The translations under genes and the position numbers were made by a program. This document shows positions 1 through 18,829 of a DNA stretch of 64,000 nt, one piece after another. The DNA lies in the NCBI RefSeq assembly GCF_009914755.1, contig NC_060941.1; one strand, 5' to 3'. Each line of letters opens with the position of its first letter. The stretch's first letter is position 1. Below the pieces are notes generated by a model. That model was not told the DNA's origin. It ran no database searches and was given only the letters and a program-made list of their open reading frames with translations. This DNA comes from the human T2T-CHM13v2.0 reference genome, Homo sapiens.

Positions 1-1267
1 TATAGTGTGCTGTTGAATTGGGTTCGCTAGTATTTTCTTGAGGATTTTTGCATCTATATTCATCAGGGACATTGGCCTGTAGATTTCTTTTCTTGTGTTA
101 TTCCTTGGCTTTGGTATCAGGGTAATGCTGGCCTCATAAAATAAGTTCAGAAATTATTCTCTCCTCTTTGATTTTTTGGAAGAGTTTAAGAAGTATTGGC
201 TGTTTTTTAAATGACTGGCAGAATTCAGCAATGAAGCCATCAGATTCAAGGATTTTCTTTGATGAGAAACATTTTGTCATTAATTCAATTTCCTTACTCA
301 TTTTTGGTCTATTGCCAATTTCTATTTCTTCCTGATTCAGTCTTGGTATGTTGTGTGTTTCTGGGAATTCGCCATTTCTTCTAGATTATCTAATTTCTTG
401 GACTATAGTTGTTCATAGTAGTCTGATCTTTTGTATTTCTGTGGTATCAGTTGTAATGTCTCCTCTTTCATTTCTGATTTTATTTGTGTCTGTGATGGTT
501 TAATATTGAGTGTCAACTTGATTGGATTGAAGGATGAAAGTATTGTTCCTGGGCGTGTCTGTGAGGGTGTTGCCAAAGGAGATTAACATTTGAGTCAGTG
601 GACTGGGAGAGGCAGACCCACCCTCACTCTGTGTGGGTACCAACTAATCAGCTACCAGCATGGCTAGGATAAAAGCAGGCAGAGGAATGTGGAAGGACTG
701 GACTGGCTGATCTTCTGGCCTTCATATTTCTCCCATGTCAGATGCTTCTTGCCCTGGAACATCAGACTCCAAGTTCTTCAGCTTTTGGACTCTTGGACTT
801 ATACCAGTAGTTTGCAAGGGGCTCTTGGGTCTTTGGCCACGAACTGAAGGCTGCACTGTCAGCTTACCTACTTTTGAGGTTTTAGAACTTGGACCAGCTT
901 TATTGCACCTCAGCTTACAGATGACCTATTGTGGGACTTCACCTTATGATCATGTGAGTCAATACTCCTTAATAAACTTCCTTTCAAATACGCGTCTATC
1001 CTATTAGTCCTGATCCTCCAGAGAACCCTGACAGTGTCTTTACTCCTTTTTTCTTTGTAAGTCTAAGTAAAAGTGTGTCAATTTTGCTTATCTTTTTTAA
1101 AAGAAAACAACTTTTAGTTTTGTTAATCTTTTCTATTGTTTCTATAGTGTCTTGTTTATTTCTGCCTTGATCTTTGTTATTTCCCTCCTTCTGCTAAGTT
1201 TGAGCTTATTTCAAGTGCCTCGAAGCGTAACATTAGGTTGTTAATTTGAGATCTTCATTTTTTTTAA
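1..1267 (-). mobile_element. Old L1 (L1M-type) ORF2 fragment, interrupted by an MLT2 LTR
   Basis: T-rich antisense L1 ORF2 text (e.g. 'gaggatttttgcatctatattcatcaggga', 'gtaatgtctcctctttcatttctgatttt') that continues on both sides of the LTR. Confidence 0.85.
491..1033 (+). mobile_element. Solo LTR, MLT2A-like (HERV-L/ERVL)
   Basis: Starts TGTGATGGTTTAATATTGAGTGTCAACTTGATTGGATTGAAGG and ends ...GAGAACCCTGACA, with an internal AATAAA near 971. A perfect 5-bp TSD GTGTC sits at 486-490 and 1034-1038. Confidence 0.9.
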
Positions 1268-5528
<4,261 letters not shown>

Positions 5529-5529
5529 T

Positions 5530-5930
5530 CCCTTTGTTCTTTGTGTTTGTTGGAAATTCACTGATGCCTTGTCCCTGCTGTTTCTCAAGCAGGGTGACTT
5601 AAGAGTCAAGCCCTGCAGCAGGGACTATATAGTCAGGCACTATATGTGTGGTACAAGTCCCTGTCCCCTTGGGAAGAAGCTGGGAGTTGAAATTTTCTCC
5701 CGAGTTTAAGGCACTGTGCCCAAGGTAGGGTTAGTGCATGAATGTATCTGCCTTTTTTCTACCCATTTTGTTATGGATATTTGCTCAGTCACCCAGTGTG
5801 CAGGAGTCTTTCAACTGGATTCCAGCTTTCTCTGAAGAGAATTGATCCATGTGTAGGTGTTTATTCAGTGTGTCTGTGGGAGGAGGGATAAGCAGGAGCT
5901 TCCTATTCCATCATGTTGCTGACATCACTC
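5530..5930 (-). mobile_element. Probable 5' end of an old L1M element
   Basis: Resembles recalled antisense L1M 5' UTR text ('gagaattgatccatgtgtaggtgtttattcagtgtgtctgtgggaggagg'). Not verified by search. Confidence 0.55.
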
Positions 5931-6739
5931 TAGACTTTCCATTTTTTTGCCCTGTGTTATAACTGGGAGCCTACTAGAACTCTCTGAAGTCCACCTTCTT
6001 TTCTTTCTTCAAGGCGTTAGGTCTTAAGATAGTTTTGTTCACACAGGAGGATGAGCACTTCTGGGATGCTTTGTCTTTTCTACATGAGTGTTTTCTTGAA
6101 TCAGAAGATACTCTGTCTGCTTTACTAGTCAGGGGCAGGGAATCTAATTTCTTTCAACTTTTATTTGAGGAGTCTTCTACTATCCAATAGAAATCGTTTG
6201 GCAAAACTTCCCCAGGACTTTTAAGTACATTTATTTGATCATAATTATTAAGTGGTTTCTGGAGGCATCCTTTTAAATAAGACCTCCCTTTATTTCCTGA
6301 TGTTTTGTTCTTCCACATTTAAATAATCGAAACTATTTGACACTGTGGTGATAAATTCTTTGTTATTTGGTAAGGAATTAACAAAGGCGAAGGATGTGTC
6401 TGTGTTGATTTGATGTTCTTTGAGATCAGAGGATAAAAATTTGGCCTTATGGATCTTTTGCTTACATTGCCTGATATAATTCTGGAAAATCAAAACCCCG
6501 TAACAGTTTTTTAAAACTGGGATTAAAATGATTTTAAGAGAAGCCCCTTTGTTTTAAAACAGTAAGAGTAATGCAGAGTGAAGAAAAGAGTAAAATAAAA
6601 ATGAAAATGTTCAAGTCGATTTTCTTAGAAGTTTTGCTTAAGATGGCAGTGTGATGAGATCTTAAAAAGCTAGAATAAAATCATAAACACTAGAAGCCAT
6701 TTAATATATATGCGATAATAATAAAAGAAAACCCCAGGA

Positions 6740-6925
6740 TTCTGGAATTTAATAATAAAATTAAAGCAGAGATTATCTGGCCCAATTTATTCTTTTAAAA
6801 CTGAGGAAACTGAGACCCAGAAAGGTGAAGGGACTTTCTCAAGGTCACAAAATTATTTGGCAGAGCCAGGACAAAAATGCAAAACTCCTGACTCCCAGTT
6901 CATTATATTTCCCCTACAGCATACT
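6740..6925 (-). mobile_element. MIR SINE
   Basis: Core 'gaggaaactgagacccagaaaggtgaagggactt...aaggtcaca'. Confidence 0.8.
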
Positions 6926-7324
6926 ACTTTCTAAGTTAAAAAAAAAAAAAAAAATCACAAGAAACCACAGAGAGTCCGAAGCCTAGGCTAGGAACTTCAG
7001 GGGTTAATGCACCTTGCCCAGGATCTGCGCAATTTGTAGAACTGAGGTGAGATTTCTTGAGTTTGCAGAAGTTAAACATTCTCAACAAGAGAAGCTTGGT
7101 TCAACTCCGATCTCAGGGGGATTAGAGTAACATGCTGAGAACTCTTAGGACTTTGCTACTTCTACTGGTTCACACCTCAGCCCTTAGATGTCTGCATTTT
7201 TAACTGAGTTGACCATGGGAACCAACTCATCAGGTCAGAATCTCCAGGCAGTTGGCCAACCCCCAGTCAGTGGATAGGAGCAGCCCACTGGCCTTTCTTC
7301 TCCATGGCCCTGCCATGATGTTAA

Positions 7325-7986
<662 letters not shown>

Positions 7987-8647
7987 TATAAATTAAATAA
8001 TCTGATTTTGCTCTGTATATGGATTCCCTTTAGCATAACCAGCTTCATGGGGCAATGACTACATGGGTCCATAGTCCTAAATAGACAGACAATCTTTTAA
8101 TAACCTGGTTCCCCATACCTTTCCAGCTTCATCTCCTACCATTTATCCTGCAGTCTACGGCCAAATCCCCAGAGCAGCTCATGTTACCTTGGTATATATA
8201 ATCTCATATACACTCATGCCTTCATGCCATTGCACCACGTTATTCCCTCTGCATGACATGCCTTTCTACCTCTCCCCAACATCTAGACTGAATAAGTGGC
8301 TGCATAGATGAATAGATGGATGGGAAATGAATGAAGGAATGAATACATATAATTTAAGGAGCACTAGAGAACCTGCTGACTTAGAGGAATTCTAGCTCCC
8401 ATTCAAAAAAGTAAAATTACACCTCTATTATCTTAATAAATAGTCTCAGCATCCTTGTGGGCCACACCAGTCTTGTGATTATCACCTATGAGGTCTATGG
8501 CAAATAGTTAAAATAATGGTTATGATACTAAAGTTGGAGTGGCAAAGTTGGCAAACTATTTCTTTTGTTTTTTAATGTTATGGGAAACTAAAGGTTATCT
8601 ATATAATATTACTTTTACTCACTTGCATTCTGATATACTATCTTTAG

Positions 8648-9145
<498 letters not shown>

Positions 9146-10585
9146 GACTCCTTCTTTTAAAATGAAAATATTTGTGTGCTGGGGGGCGGGAATAAATAAT
9201 TAAAATACAAAAATGAAAATGGTCTCAGGGCCTGTTTCTGCCCTTACCATTAATCACACTTTGATAAAAAGTAGTTTATCATTAGAAGTATCTATAATTT
9301 TTAGTTAGAAGTGTTTTCCTCTGTGATAGCTAGGTTCAGAGTTTTGATGATGGAAGAAGGCTGGAAGGTAATTCTGGAAGCTTGGCACAATGGTGCAAGA
9401 CAGTGGGCTTAGTTAGAGGAATGAGATGCCTCAATGAGGAACACATAGGCACTGGGTGAAACGTATGTCAGTTCTGGATGAAGGCCAGAACAGGCAGAGA
9501 GGTCTAGAAAAAGGGAGTCGGAGGGTCCCACAGACAACTATTAACTACCTTGCCATCTTCCTCCTCTCATTCATCTGATGCTCATTCAATGAATAGGGCA
9601 CAAACCCAAACCAATGGCACTAGGCTCTAAACGCTGATACTAAACCTCTTTGGCATCACTCTCCCTTTAAGAAACTTGGCCATCATGGCTTTGTCTGCCT
9701 AGGAAAAATACAAAACAAAGCAAATTCTAATAATGCATTAGTACGCATACCCTGTATATTTTGTCCACAACACTCAGAAACCAAGCTTTAGACTTTCTAG
9801 AGGTCCACAGACTCCAGATTAAGAAGTCTGTAATCGATTAAAATTTGCGAACCCTTCAAAAGTTTGTCAAGGATTTTTCATATCATTATGTCATTTAACG
9901 ACCCAATCAGTGAAATACCGCCTCATTTTACTCATTAGGAATCATAATTTCACTCTGGTTCATCAGAATATATTCTGTCTTTATATACATGGAAAATATC
10001 TTGGAGAGTCAATAACTGATATTAGCATGCCTCTGGGACACGAGCTAAGGGGGGATATAACCTTTTGCAACATTTACATTTTTTCCATGCGTGATGTCAT
10101 ATTTCTTTTTGAAAGAAATATGTCAGATCTACCACTTTCACCTGTATTTTTATCCCTCTCATGGGTGAAATGATGAGTACACTTAGAAAAATCAGATATT
10201 TCCAAAGTCTTCTGAAAATAAAAACTAATTTTATCCAAATGTATATATAATTTTAAAACCATGTGCCTCCTAATACTAGTCAGATAATTTGTGCATAAAT
10301 TATGCATTTTAAAAGTGAGTTTCTTTGCAACATGTTCACACTGCACCTTGCTAACGCATGGTACTTATATCTGTCACAAAATGTTTTATTGGGTTGTCAC
10401 AAATGTTTTATTGGGTTTCCTTGGCCTTTTACTTGTAAATTGATTTTCCTAGCCTTATTGGACCATGTGGTTTTATACCAAATATTTTGATAAATATTTT
10501 GATAAATACTAAAATAAACAAACTTTCATTTCTTCATTCTCCAGTCCCAGGCAGCATTTAGCCAAACCCCCACCCCTGCTGCCAC

Positions 10586-10670
10586 CACACACATGCATGC
10601 ACACACATGCACACACACACGCACGCATGCACACACGCACATACACACACACACGCATGCACGCACACAT
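10586..10670. repeat. Alternating purine-pyrimidine (CA/CG/TG) microsatellite
   Basis: cacacacatgcatgcacacacatgcacacacacacgcacgcatgc... about 85 nt. Confidence 0.95.
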
Positions 10671-11579
10671 TTCAACTACTTCTCTGAATATGCTGCTACA
10701 ATTTTTAGATAAATATTCAGTATCCAATGTTGGCAAATGCTTTTTGAAATTCGAAACCTTGAAGCGCAAGATCCTCATTACTTTTTTTTTATTTTAAGCC
10801 TTCAGATGAGGATGATGAACGTTTGATAAACCCTTACCATTCAAAATAACTTGAAATAAATTATTGTGGTGACCATTACAATGCCCTGAAATTCTTGATT
10901 TCACCCTTGACCCAATGCTAAAAATGTTTTAGCATTTTCCACTAAAAAAAATGGAGGAATCTGTTTCATAAAGAAGATGGCCAAAGCCGCATAACTCTTT
11001 TTAACTCTGCTGGACTCTAGCTTTTGCTAGACCACGTGCTTGGTCTGTAACTATAGTTGTTTGAGACCCCAAAGTCCTGGTGCTGCCCTAGGAGGGTGAA
11101 AGCAACCATTGGTCCCTGCAGCAGAGTTCTCCAGGGACTGCTGTCAACACAACTGCAGTCAGATGATGGGACTCAAACTTTTGTCAACACCATCCAGCAA
11201 TTATTCTGAGGAGATTCCTTTTAGTAACTAAATTGAAGTTTAAAAAAAGTGTAGATATGTCACTATTCTCATGTAGGGCAATCCTTCAAGGGAAATCTAG
11301 GTTATTTGTTCAGTGTTGATAGTGAATGAGCTGAGCAGATCACCCCAAATATTACAGACCAAAGGCTCTACAGAAAGCAAGTGGGCTGGAGCCACGCACC
11401 ACACAGACACGTTGGGTCAGCAGGAATTGAAGTCAGAGGTTGTATAGCTAAGTTGTGGCAATTCCTACTCCTACTAGCTAGCAGTGGGCAAAGTCCTTGA
11501 AACAGTATGAGAAGCAGCTCGCTGATTTGAAATATGAGTAAGAACAGCAGAGCTTGTAAGATTTAAATGTCTCCAATGA

Positions 11580-12080
11580 CCCTCCTTACACCAACACTGG
11601 TCATCAAACTAAACCAGGAACTGATCACCTCATTCCCTTGCTCATAAACCTTCAGCATTGCGTACAAGGCCTTCCGCATATCAACCTATCCCTCAGCCCC
11701 TACGTCTTGCCTTCCTCTTCTTTCTCTTCTGCAGTACATCCATTTTTTCACATGATTGTGCCCGAATTTTTCAGCTCTCAATCTCTCTCCCTGGAATGCC
11801 CCAAGATTGAGTGAAATCCTACTCAATCTTCAAAACCCAGACCAAATGTTACCTTCCCTTATCCCATCTTCCTCCCTGCCCCAACTTAGTTGGTCATTGG
11901 CACTTCAGCAACAATTTGCTCATGTGCCTGTTATAGGGAGCATCACATTTTTATTGTAATTATCTGTATCTTTATCCATCTGCATGCTGGGCTGTGATAA
12001 TTCTAGGGCAAAGATAAATTCTTATTTTTGTTTACATCCCTGTCACCCACCAATCTTAATGATGCTCAGGAATGTATTGG
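11580..12080 (+). mobile_element. L2 3' fragment
   Basis: Decayed L2 3' text ('ctccctggaatgccc', 'aaatgttaccttcc', 'tctagggcaaagat'). Confidence 0.6.
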
Positions 12081-12484
12081 CTTTATATGTAGAAACCTGA
12101 GTACATAAAGATGTTTTTAAACTGGAAAGTGTCATTAAAATGCAGTAATTACTATTACTGAAGGTGGAGAACCTAAATAAAAGGAGAATTTAGTCTCAGA
12201 GTTTTATACTTGAAGAAACTGGTGTTACAATCCTTCTAAATATAGATGCTACAGATTTTTCTGGAGTCCCACAGGGTAGAAGGTGGGTGCACTAAGGGGT
12301 GACACCCTTAAAGACATAAAGCTCTACCCTTCATCATGGACCTGCACTGATCTATAGAACTGTATCATCCCTCAGACTTACTCAAAATGAAAACTTACAA
12401 ACCTGTGTACCTCCATGATTCCTTCTCTACAACTGCTGTTTTCGTCACTTTTGAGTACATGCTGAAGTTTCATTAAACTGTGTG

Positions 12485-12670
12485 AGAAGGAGGCACTGGA
12501 TTTTGAACCCAGACAGACCTGGGTTCAAAATCTGGCCCTCGCATTCATTCACAGTGTGTGCTCTCAGTCTGGCAAAGCCTTAACTTCACCTCTAAAATGA
12601 GAAAAATACATAACATGGTTGTTGTGAAAATCAAAGGAGAAAAATGTGGAAGAAGGTGTCACAAAGTAAA
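12485..12670 (+). mobile_element. MIR SINE
   Basis: 'cagacagacctgggttcaaa', 'ctctaaaatgagaaaaata', 'ggttgttgtgaaaatcaaa'. Confidence 0.75.
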
Positions 12671-13569
12671 AATGTTATGGAACTGCAAGGTGTTACTCTT
12701 GTAATGAGAAGTAGACAGTTAGCCCCAGTCTGCCCTTCCTTGGTTGCTTCATCCCCCATATCTCTCTCTTGGATTCCTTGCAGAAGAAGCAGTATGAATG
12801 TACATCTGGCTGGGCTTGGGTCTGCTTTTGCCTGACGGAGTATTTGCTCCAATCCCTAATAAGGCTGATCTACTTTATTCTCTGCAAAGGGGAAACTTTT
12901 CTTGGGGAAATAACAGTTTCAGCAGCCCCTGTGGTAACAGAGTATTTCTTTGATCTCTTGCCACTATCTGAGTGTTGTTTTGAAAGTTATTTAAGGATGA
13001 AAGCATCCCCAAAAAAACCTACTGTCAAAGGGGATTTCAGCTCACCTCAACTCCAACCAACTCTGAGGTTTCAAATGTGTAGAATTGAGATGGTGACAGC
13101 TACATAAATATTAAATGAGCAATGAGATGCCAATGTTTTTATTACTGTTTGCAATTGAACTTTGAGTAAAGCTGAGACCCGTTACATACACCTGGAGAGA
13201 GAGCATGGCTTTTGATATGACCACGATATATGATTTGGAAATTTTTAAGTATACACTGTTGCTAACAGCTCTTAGTTAAAAAAAAAAAAAAAAGTAGCTG
13301 AACTCCAGTATTCAGCATTCCTATGAGAGCTTGTGATGCTGTGATGCCAAATATTTGGGTTTACATGGAAATTTGGCTCACAGATGCCTCAATGAATAGG
13401 AAAAGGTGGTTTTGGTGGGTAACAGGAAGTCAGGAAATTTCCTCCCCCTCACAAAGGTGGAGATAATGTCCACAATTTAACTGGTACCACATCTGACATA
13501 TATCATTGCACCAATGTCTTTCTGGTCTCTTTAACTACAGCATTGACTCTCTCCAATTTTCCTCCTACA

Positions 13570-14125
13570 AAATATAAGAGAAATTTTCCTAAAATGCAAA
13601 TCTGATCACATAATGGCTGATCTTTCAAGAGCTCCAAAATGCTTTCAAATAATGTTGATACTTCTTAGCATAACCTGAGCTCCTGTCTCCTGTCCCATCT
13701 TATTTCTAAAGTCACACTCCCATCTCACCTCATCTCTTCTCCTGTTCCTTGTAATTGCCTTGCAATTCCCCGACCACACCATGACTCCGTGCCTTTGCAC
13801 ACACAGCAACCTCTGCCTGGAATGCCTTTAGCCACTCTTTCCTATACATCCTTCAGAAGTCTGCCAGGAGCCAGCCTGTCTAGCAAGTTATCCCTAACCA
13901 CTCCCTGCCAGACTGTTTAGGGTGACCCTAATCTGAGCCTGCCTCTATCATTACTCTCATCAGATTGTATTATAATCTTAAATTGACTTGACCGTCTCGC
14001 TTCCCACCATTGTACTGTTACTGTCTGTAGGATAAGATTTGAGCTTTGTTCATATTTACATCCCCAGGACATTTCCTTGTCCCTAGAAGGGTGTCAGTTA
14101 GAGTCTGATGAATCAGTCAGCCAAT
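13570..14125 (+). mobile_element. L2 3' fragment
   Basis: 'aaatgcaaatctgatca', 'gtgcctttgcacac...ctctgcctggaatgcc'. Confidence 0.7.
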
Positions 14126-16099
14126 CAGCACACTATATTTAAAGTTGGATTTGATTTCTTATCCTGAATGTACCAGCAATTAGCTTGGAATTGAGTATTT
14201 GACCAAAAGATACAAAATTCAAAAAATTCAATTATGTTTATTTGGAAGCTATTATGTATATTTCCCTCCAATAAGTCCACATAATTCTCTTTCCTGTCTA
14301 TGGGCCAAGTACCTTACTCCCAAGATTTAATCCTGGTCAATGACCTTCCTGTCCCACCTTGGTTACTTTAGAATACATAAAACTTTTCAAAATCTGAAGA
14401 GTTCCTTTCTTTCAACCACATTCTCCTCCCCACAGTCAGTGACCTCTTTTGAATATTTCCAAATAGCAGTCTTGTTCTTCCTGTTCAACTGTCAATGTGA
14501 CAGTCTTTACTAATTGAACAACTGCATTCATTCATTTAAGACACCTTTATTGGATACCTACTATGTGCCAGCTGCTGTCATGGACCAAAGTAAAAGGCAT
14601 GCATGAGTCAATCTACCAGTTAAGCAGATGAGCTGGAAAATACTCAACATTATGCATTTTAGGTCAAAGCTACTGTTTTAACTGTGTTTTGTGAATGTTG
14701 AAAATTTAGAGATATTACATACAAGCAGATATGGAGAAACTAAAGGCAACACACAAAATAGAGGTAACTACAGCACTTTCCCAAGAAAAGTAACTAGGTC
14801 CTTCAAATACCCCTTGCTAGGATATGCAATGTATGTTGAGATGTTTAACCTTTCACAGGGTTCTGAAAAAAATAATACATATATCTTGCTTATAACATAA
14901 AGGGTATTCTTTGATCTGCTGAAGCCTACTTGAGAATCCCCCAAAAAAGAACTCCCATGTGACCTTATGGAGATTTATGTCTCAACATCAGCCAGTCTGA
15001 TCATCACAAAAGCAGAAGCTGAGCCTGGGAATGGAGAACAAGACTCTTTGTTTCCCTGGGAAGCTGTGGAAGCTTCTTGACTTGATGGGAAAAATCTGAA
15101 GATTGAATTTTTCAGGATCAGTAAGGCACCTTGTTGAGTAATTTACAGGAGAATGTGAAAACAAATACAGAAGAAAAAAGCCCAAAATAGCACATTCTTT
15201 TTAGTGAGACACAGAGGGAAGAAGACTGGGGCTGGCCTCCCAAGAAGGTCTGGTTTTTTCTTTTTTATTTATCTTTAATTCCCCACAAATTCCTTTGGGT
15301 CCTGAGGAACCGCTGCTACTTCGGAGTTGCTTTGTTCCCAAGTCTTCCATCCTGTCTCTCACCTTAGCTTACATGTCTGTAGTCAGAAGAGAGAGAAACA
15401 GGTGACTAAAAGATATGAACCTTATCCAGAACTGGGAGTGCTCAGAGTAGGCTCTTAGAGGGGGAGGAGGAGAAACACTTGGCACCAGTAAGACTCCATA
15501 ACATGAACCAGGCTCCAGTTATGGGCCAGCAATGTACACGAGTCTTCTGTGACTGTTTACATTGCTGTTTATTTTTTTTTTACTCAGTACTTATCTTGGC
15601 CACTATTGCCACATGTAGCTGATATGAACATACAGAACACCTTTATGAGACTCATAGACTCAGTACAACCCCTTGTTCTGCTTGGTGGTCACTGCCCCCA
15701 ACCCTCTCTCCTTCTTGAAATGCATAACAAGGAAATCACAGTATTAGAGACAACTCTGGCCCCTGGGGAAAGGGGACAGAGGCGCCAACCAGGAGTCCCT
15801 GCCTTAAGTTCAGTCAGCGAAAGTCCAATATCTCACAGACTGTCTGAGCTTTACATAGTGGAGCTTTCTCTAGCCAAAGAGACCTCAAAATGGCTATTAA
15901 TCCATTTATTACTTTCTCCCCATATGGATTTGGGAGGCAGATAAGAGAGACAGGAGTTTGAATCCAGCTTCTGCATTGATAGGCTGTGTGGATCTGAGCT
16001 AGTTATTTAAAAGTTTTGAGTCTCAGTTTCCTCATCTATAAAATGAAGAGAACATTACCTACCACATAGGAGTGTTAGGAGGATTAAATGAAGTATTTA

Positions 16100-16534
<435 letters not shown>

Positions 16535-16600
16535 TCACCTTTTGTGACATTAATTATATGCTATATCTTAAAAGTTGATTACTTTTCAAATAATTGGAGC

Positions 16601-16907
16601 TTTTTTTCTTTTTTTTTTTTTTTTGAGATGGTGTGTCTCATTCTTTCGCCTAGGCTGGAGTGCAGTGGCACAATCTTGGCTCACTGCAACCTCCGCCTCC
16701 CGGGTTCAAATGATTCTCATGCCTCAGCCTGACAAGCAGCTGAGACTACAGGTGCCTGCCACCACGCTTGGCTAATTTTTGTATTTTTAGTAGAGATGCG
16801 GTTTCACCATATTGGTCAGGCTGGTCTTGAACTCCTGACCTTAAGTGATCCACCCGCCTCAGCCTCCCAGAGTGCTGGGATTACAGGCATGAGCCACAGC
16901 ACCGGCC
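16601..16907 (-). mobile_element. AluS
   Basis: Poly(T) head and a full antisense dimer. Confidence 0.95.
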
Positions 16908-17498
16908 CATGGCCCCTTCTTAAAATGTGCTCTCAACCAGCAGACTGTAGATGAGGTGAAAAAGATGCTGCACACATTATGGTTTCTTGGGACCCAGCTG
17001 ACAAAAAGTGCTTTTTTTTTTTTTTTCATTTTGTCCCAGAAGGAGAGAGAAGTGACTCTCATTTTATTCATTCAATAGCTGTTTTTGGAACTATTACTCT
17101 ACAGATGTTGGCCACTGTGAGGGATGCAAAATTGAGTTAGGTGCAGAGTCTGCACTGAAGAAGTTCCAGGGAAGATAAGATATTCCTTTAACACAACTTT
17201 TTTAAATGCCTACCATGGGCAGATCCTCTTGTATACAGTGGGGTAAAAACAGATGAGCCCATGGATCTCACATTTTCTTAAGTTAACAAGTAAGTAAAGA
17301 AAGAAAACAACTTCAGATAGTGATAAGTGAAAAAAATAAAATAAGATAGTGTGTTAGGGGAGAGGCATAAATGGGCTTGGTAGAAATCACTTACTAAGTT
17401 TGAGAAACTGAAAGGGCAGATGAAGCGAAATGGATAGAACGGTAGAAGGGGGGCTTTCAAAGAAACAAGCAAGACCCAGATCATGATGCCTTGTAGGC

Positions 17499-17761
17499 CA
17501 GAGCTTAGCAAACTTTTCCTGTAAAGGATCAGATAGTAAATATTTTAGGCTTTGCAGGTTATATGGTCTCTATGCCAACTATTAAATCCTTCCATTGAGA
17601 CAATACATAAGCCAATGAGTTGAATTTAAATTTCATATAATTTTCACGTTATGAAATATTTTGCTTTTTCTTCAACATAAAAACCACTTTTAGCTCACAG
17701 GCTATACAGAGACAGGCAGCAGGCTGGATTTGGCCTACAGATCTCAGTTTGCCAGGTCCTG
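17499..17761 (+). mobile_element. MER58B-like hAT-Charlie MITE inside an antisense L2 (about 17060-18050)
   Basis: TIR-like ends CAGAGCTTAGCAAACT / AGTTTGCCAGGTCCTG; 8-bp TSD TTGTAGGC/TTGTAGAC; contains 'gatagtaaatattttaggctttgcagg'. Confidence 0.85.
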
Positions 17762-18349
17762 TTGTAGACTATGTTGAGGAGTTTAGATTTTATTCCAGGT
17801 GCATTAGAGAACCAGTACAAGGTTTCTATGTAAGAAAGTATTGTGATAGGATTTATGCTTTGAAAAGATTGTTCCAGTGTCATTGGATTGGTGGGGGTAT
17901 GAATAAAGGCAGAGAGACTAGCTCAGCTATAAAACTGTTGTAGGAGTATGGATGTGAAACAATAGTGGCTTGGATTAGGGTAATTATAGCAATGGAGTTT
18001 AAAAAATTAATAGGAGGCCAATTTGAAATATGTTGTGCTGGTAGAGTTGAAAATGCATGCACGTAAATCATTATAATATGAAGTAGAGTATATAAATGCC
18101 AGAAAGAATGACAGTTGAAATTATTCTGGAGGACCAGAGAGAATGACCTGAAGTTGATGGACCATGAGTCTTTCACTTGAGTAGGTTTTTGACAAGAAGA
18201 GAAGGGAGAGTCATTGTGATGTTGGAAAATATTGGTCCTCCTGTTTTCATCTGTAAGAAATGGACCATGATATTAAACCGTAAGCTCCTTGAGGTCAGAG
18301 ATCATGTCATTTGCCTCTCCATAACCCTACAACCTAGCTGATCAATAAT

Positions 18350-18645
18350 CTAATGTCATTTGTGATACAGATGAACCTGGAGGGTATCATGCTAAGTGAA
18401 ATAAGCCAGATGCAGAAAAAATAGTGCATGACTTCTCCTATATGTGGAATCTTTAATTTTTTAAAAAAGGTCACAAACAGAAAAAGAGGGTAGAATAGCA
18501 GTAACCGGGGCAGTCGGATGGGGAGAGGGAAAATGGGGAGATGTAAGTCAAATGGTAAAAAGTTATAGTTAGGTAGACTTCAGTTAGTAATACTGCATTG
18601 TCTACTAAAAAAAATTTGCTAAGAGGGTAGATTTTGATGCTTTTA

Positions 18646-18690
<45 letters not shown>

Positions 18691-18805
18691 GGTAACTATG
18701 TGAGAGATGAATATGTTAATTGGCTTGACTGTGTAATCATTTCACTATGTATATGAATATCACAACATCATATTGTAAACCTTGAAAATGTAAAGGAAAA
18801 TAAAA
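18350..18805 (+). mobile_element. L1MA-type 3' end containing a (CA)n tract of about 20 units (about 18647-18688)
   Basis: 'gatgaacctggaggg...atgctaagtgaaataagccag', 'ggtaactatgtgag...tatgttaattggcttga'. Confidence 0.85.
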
Positions 18806-18829
18806 TTTAATGGCAACTGCTAAAAAAAC

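Noticed and set aside
10914-10936. 10-bp inverted repeat AATGCTAAAA/TTTTAGCATT
   Set aside because: AT-rich and short enough to be expected by chance in 64 kb.
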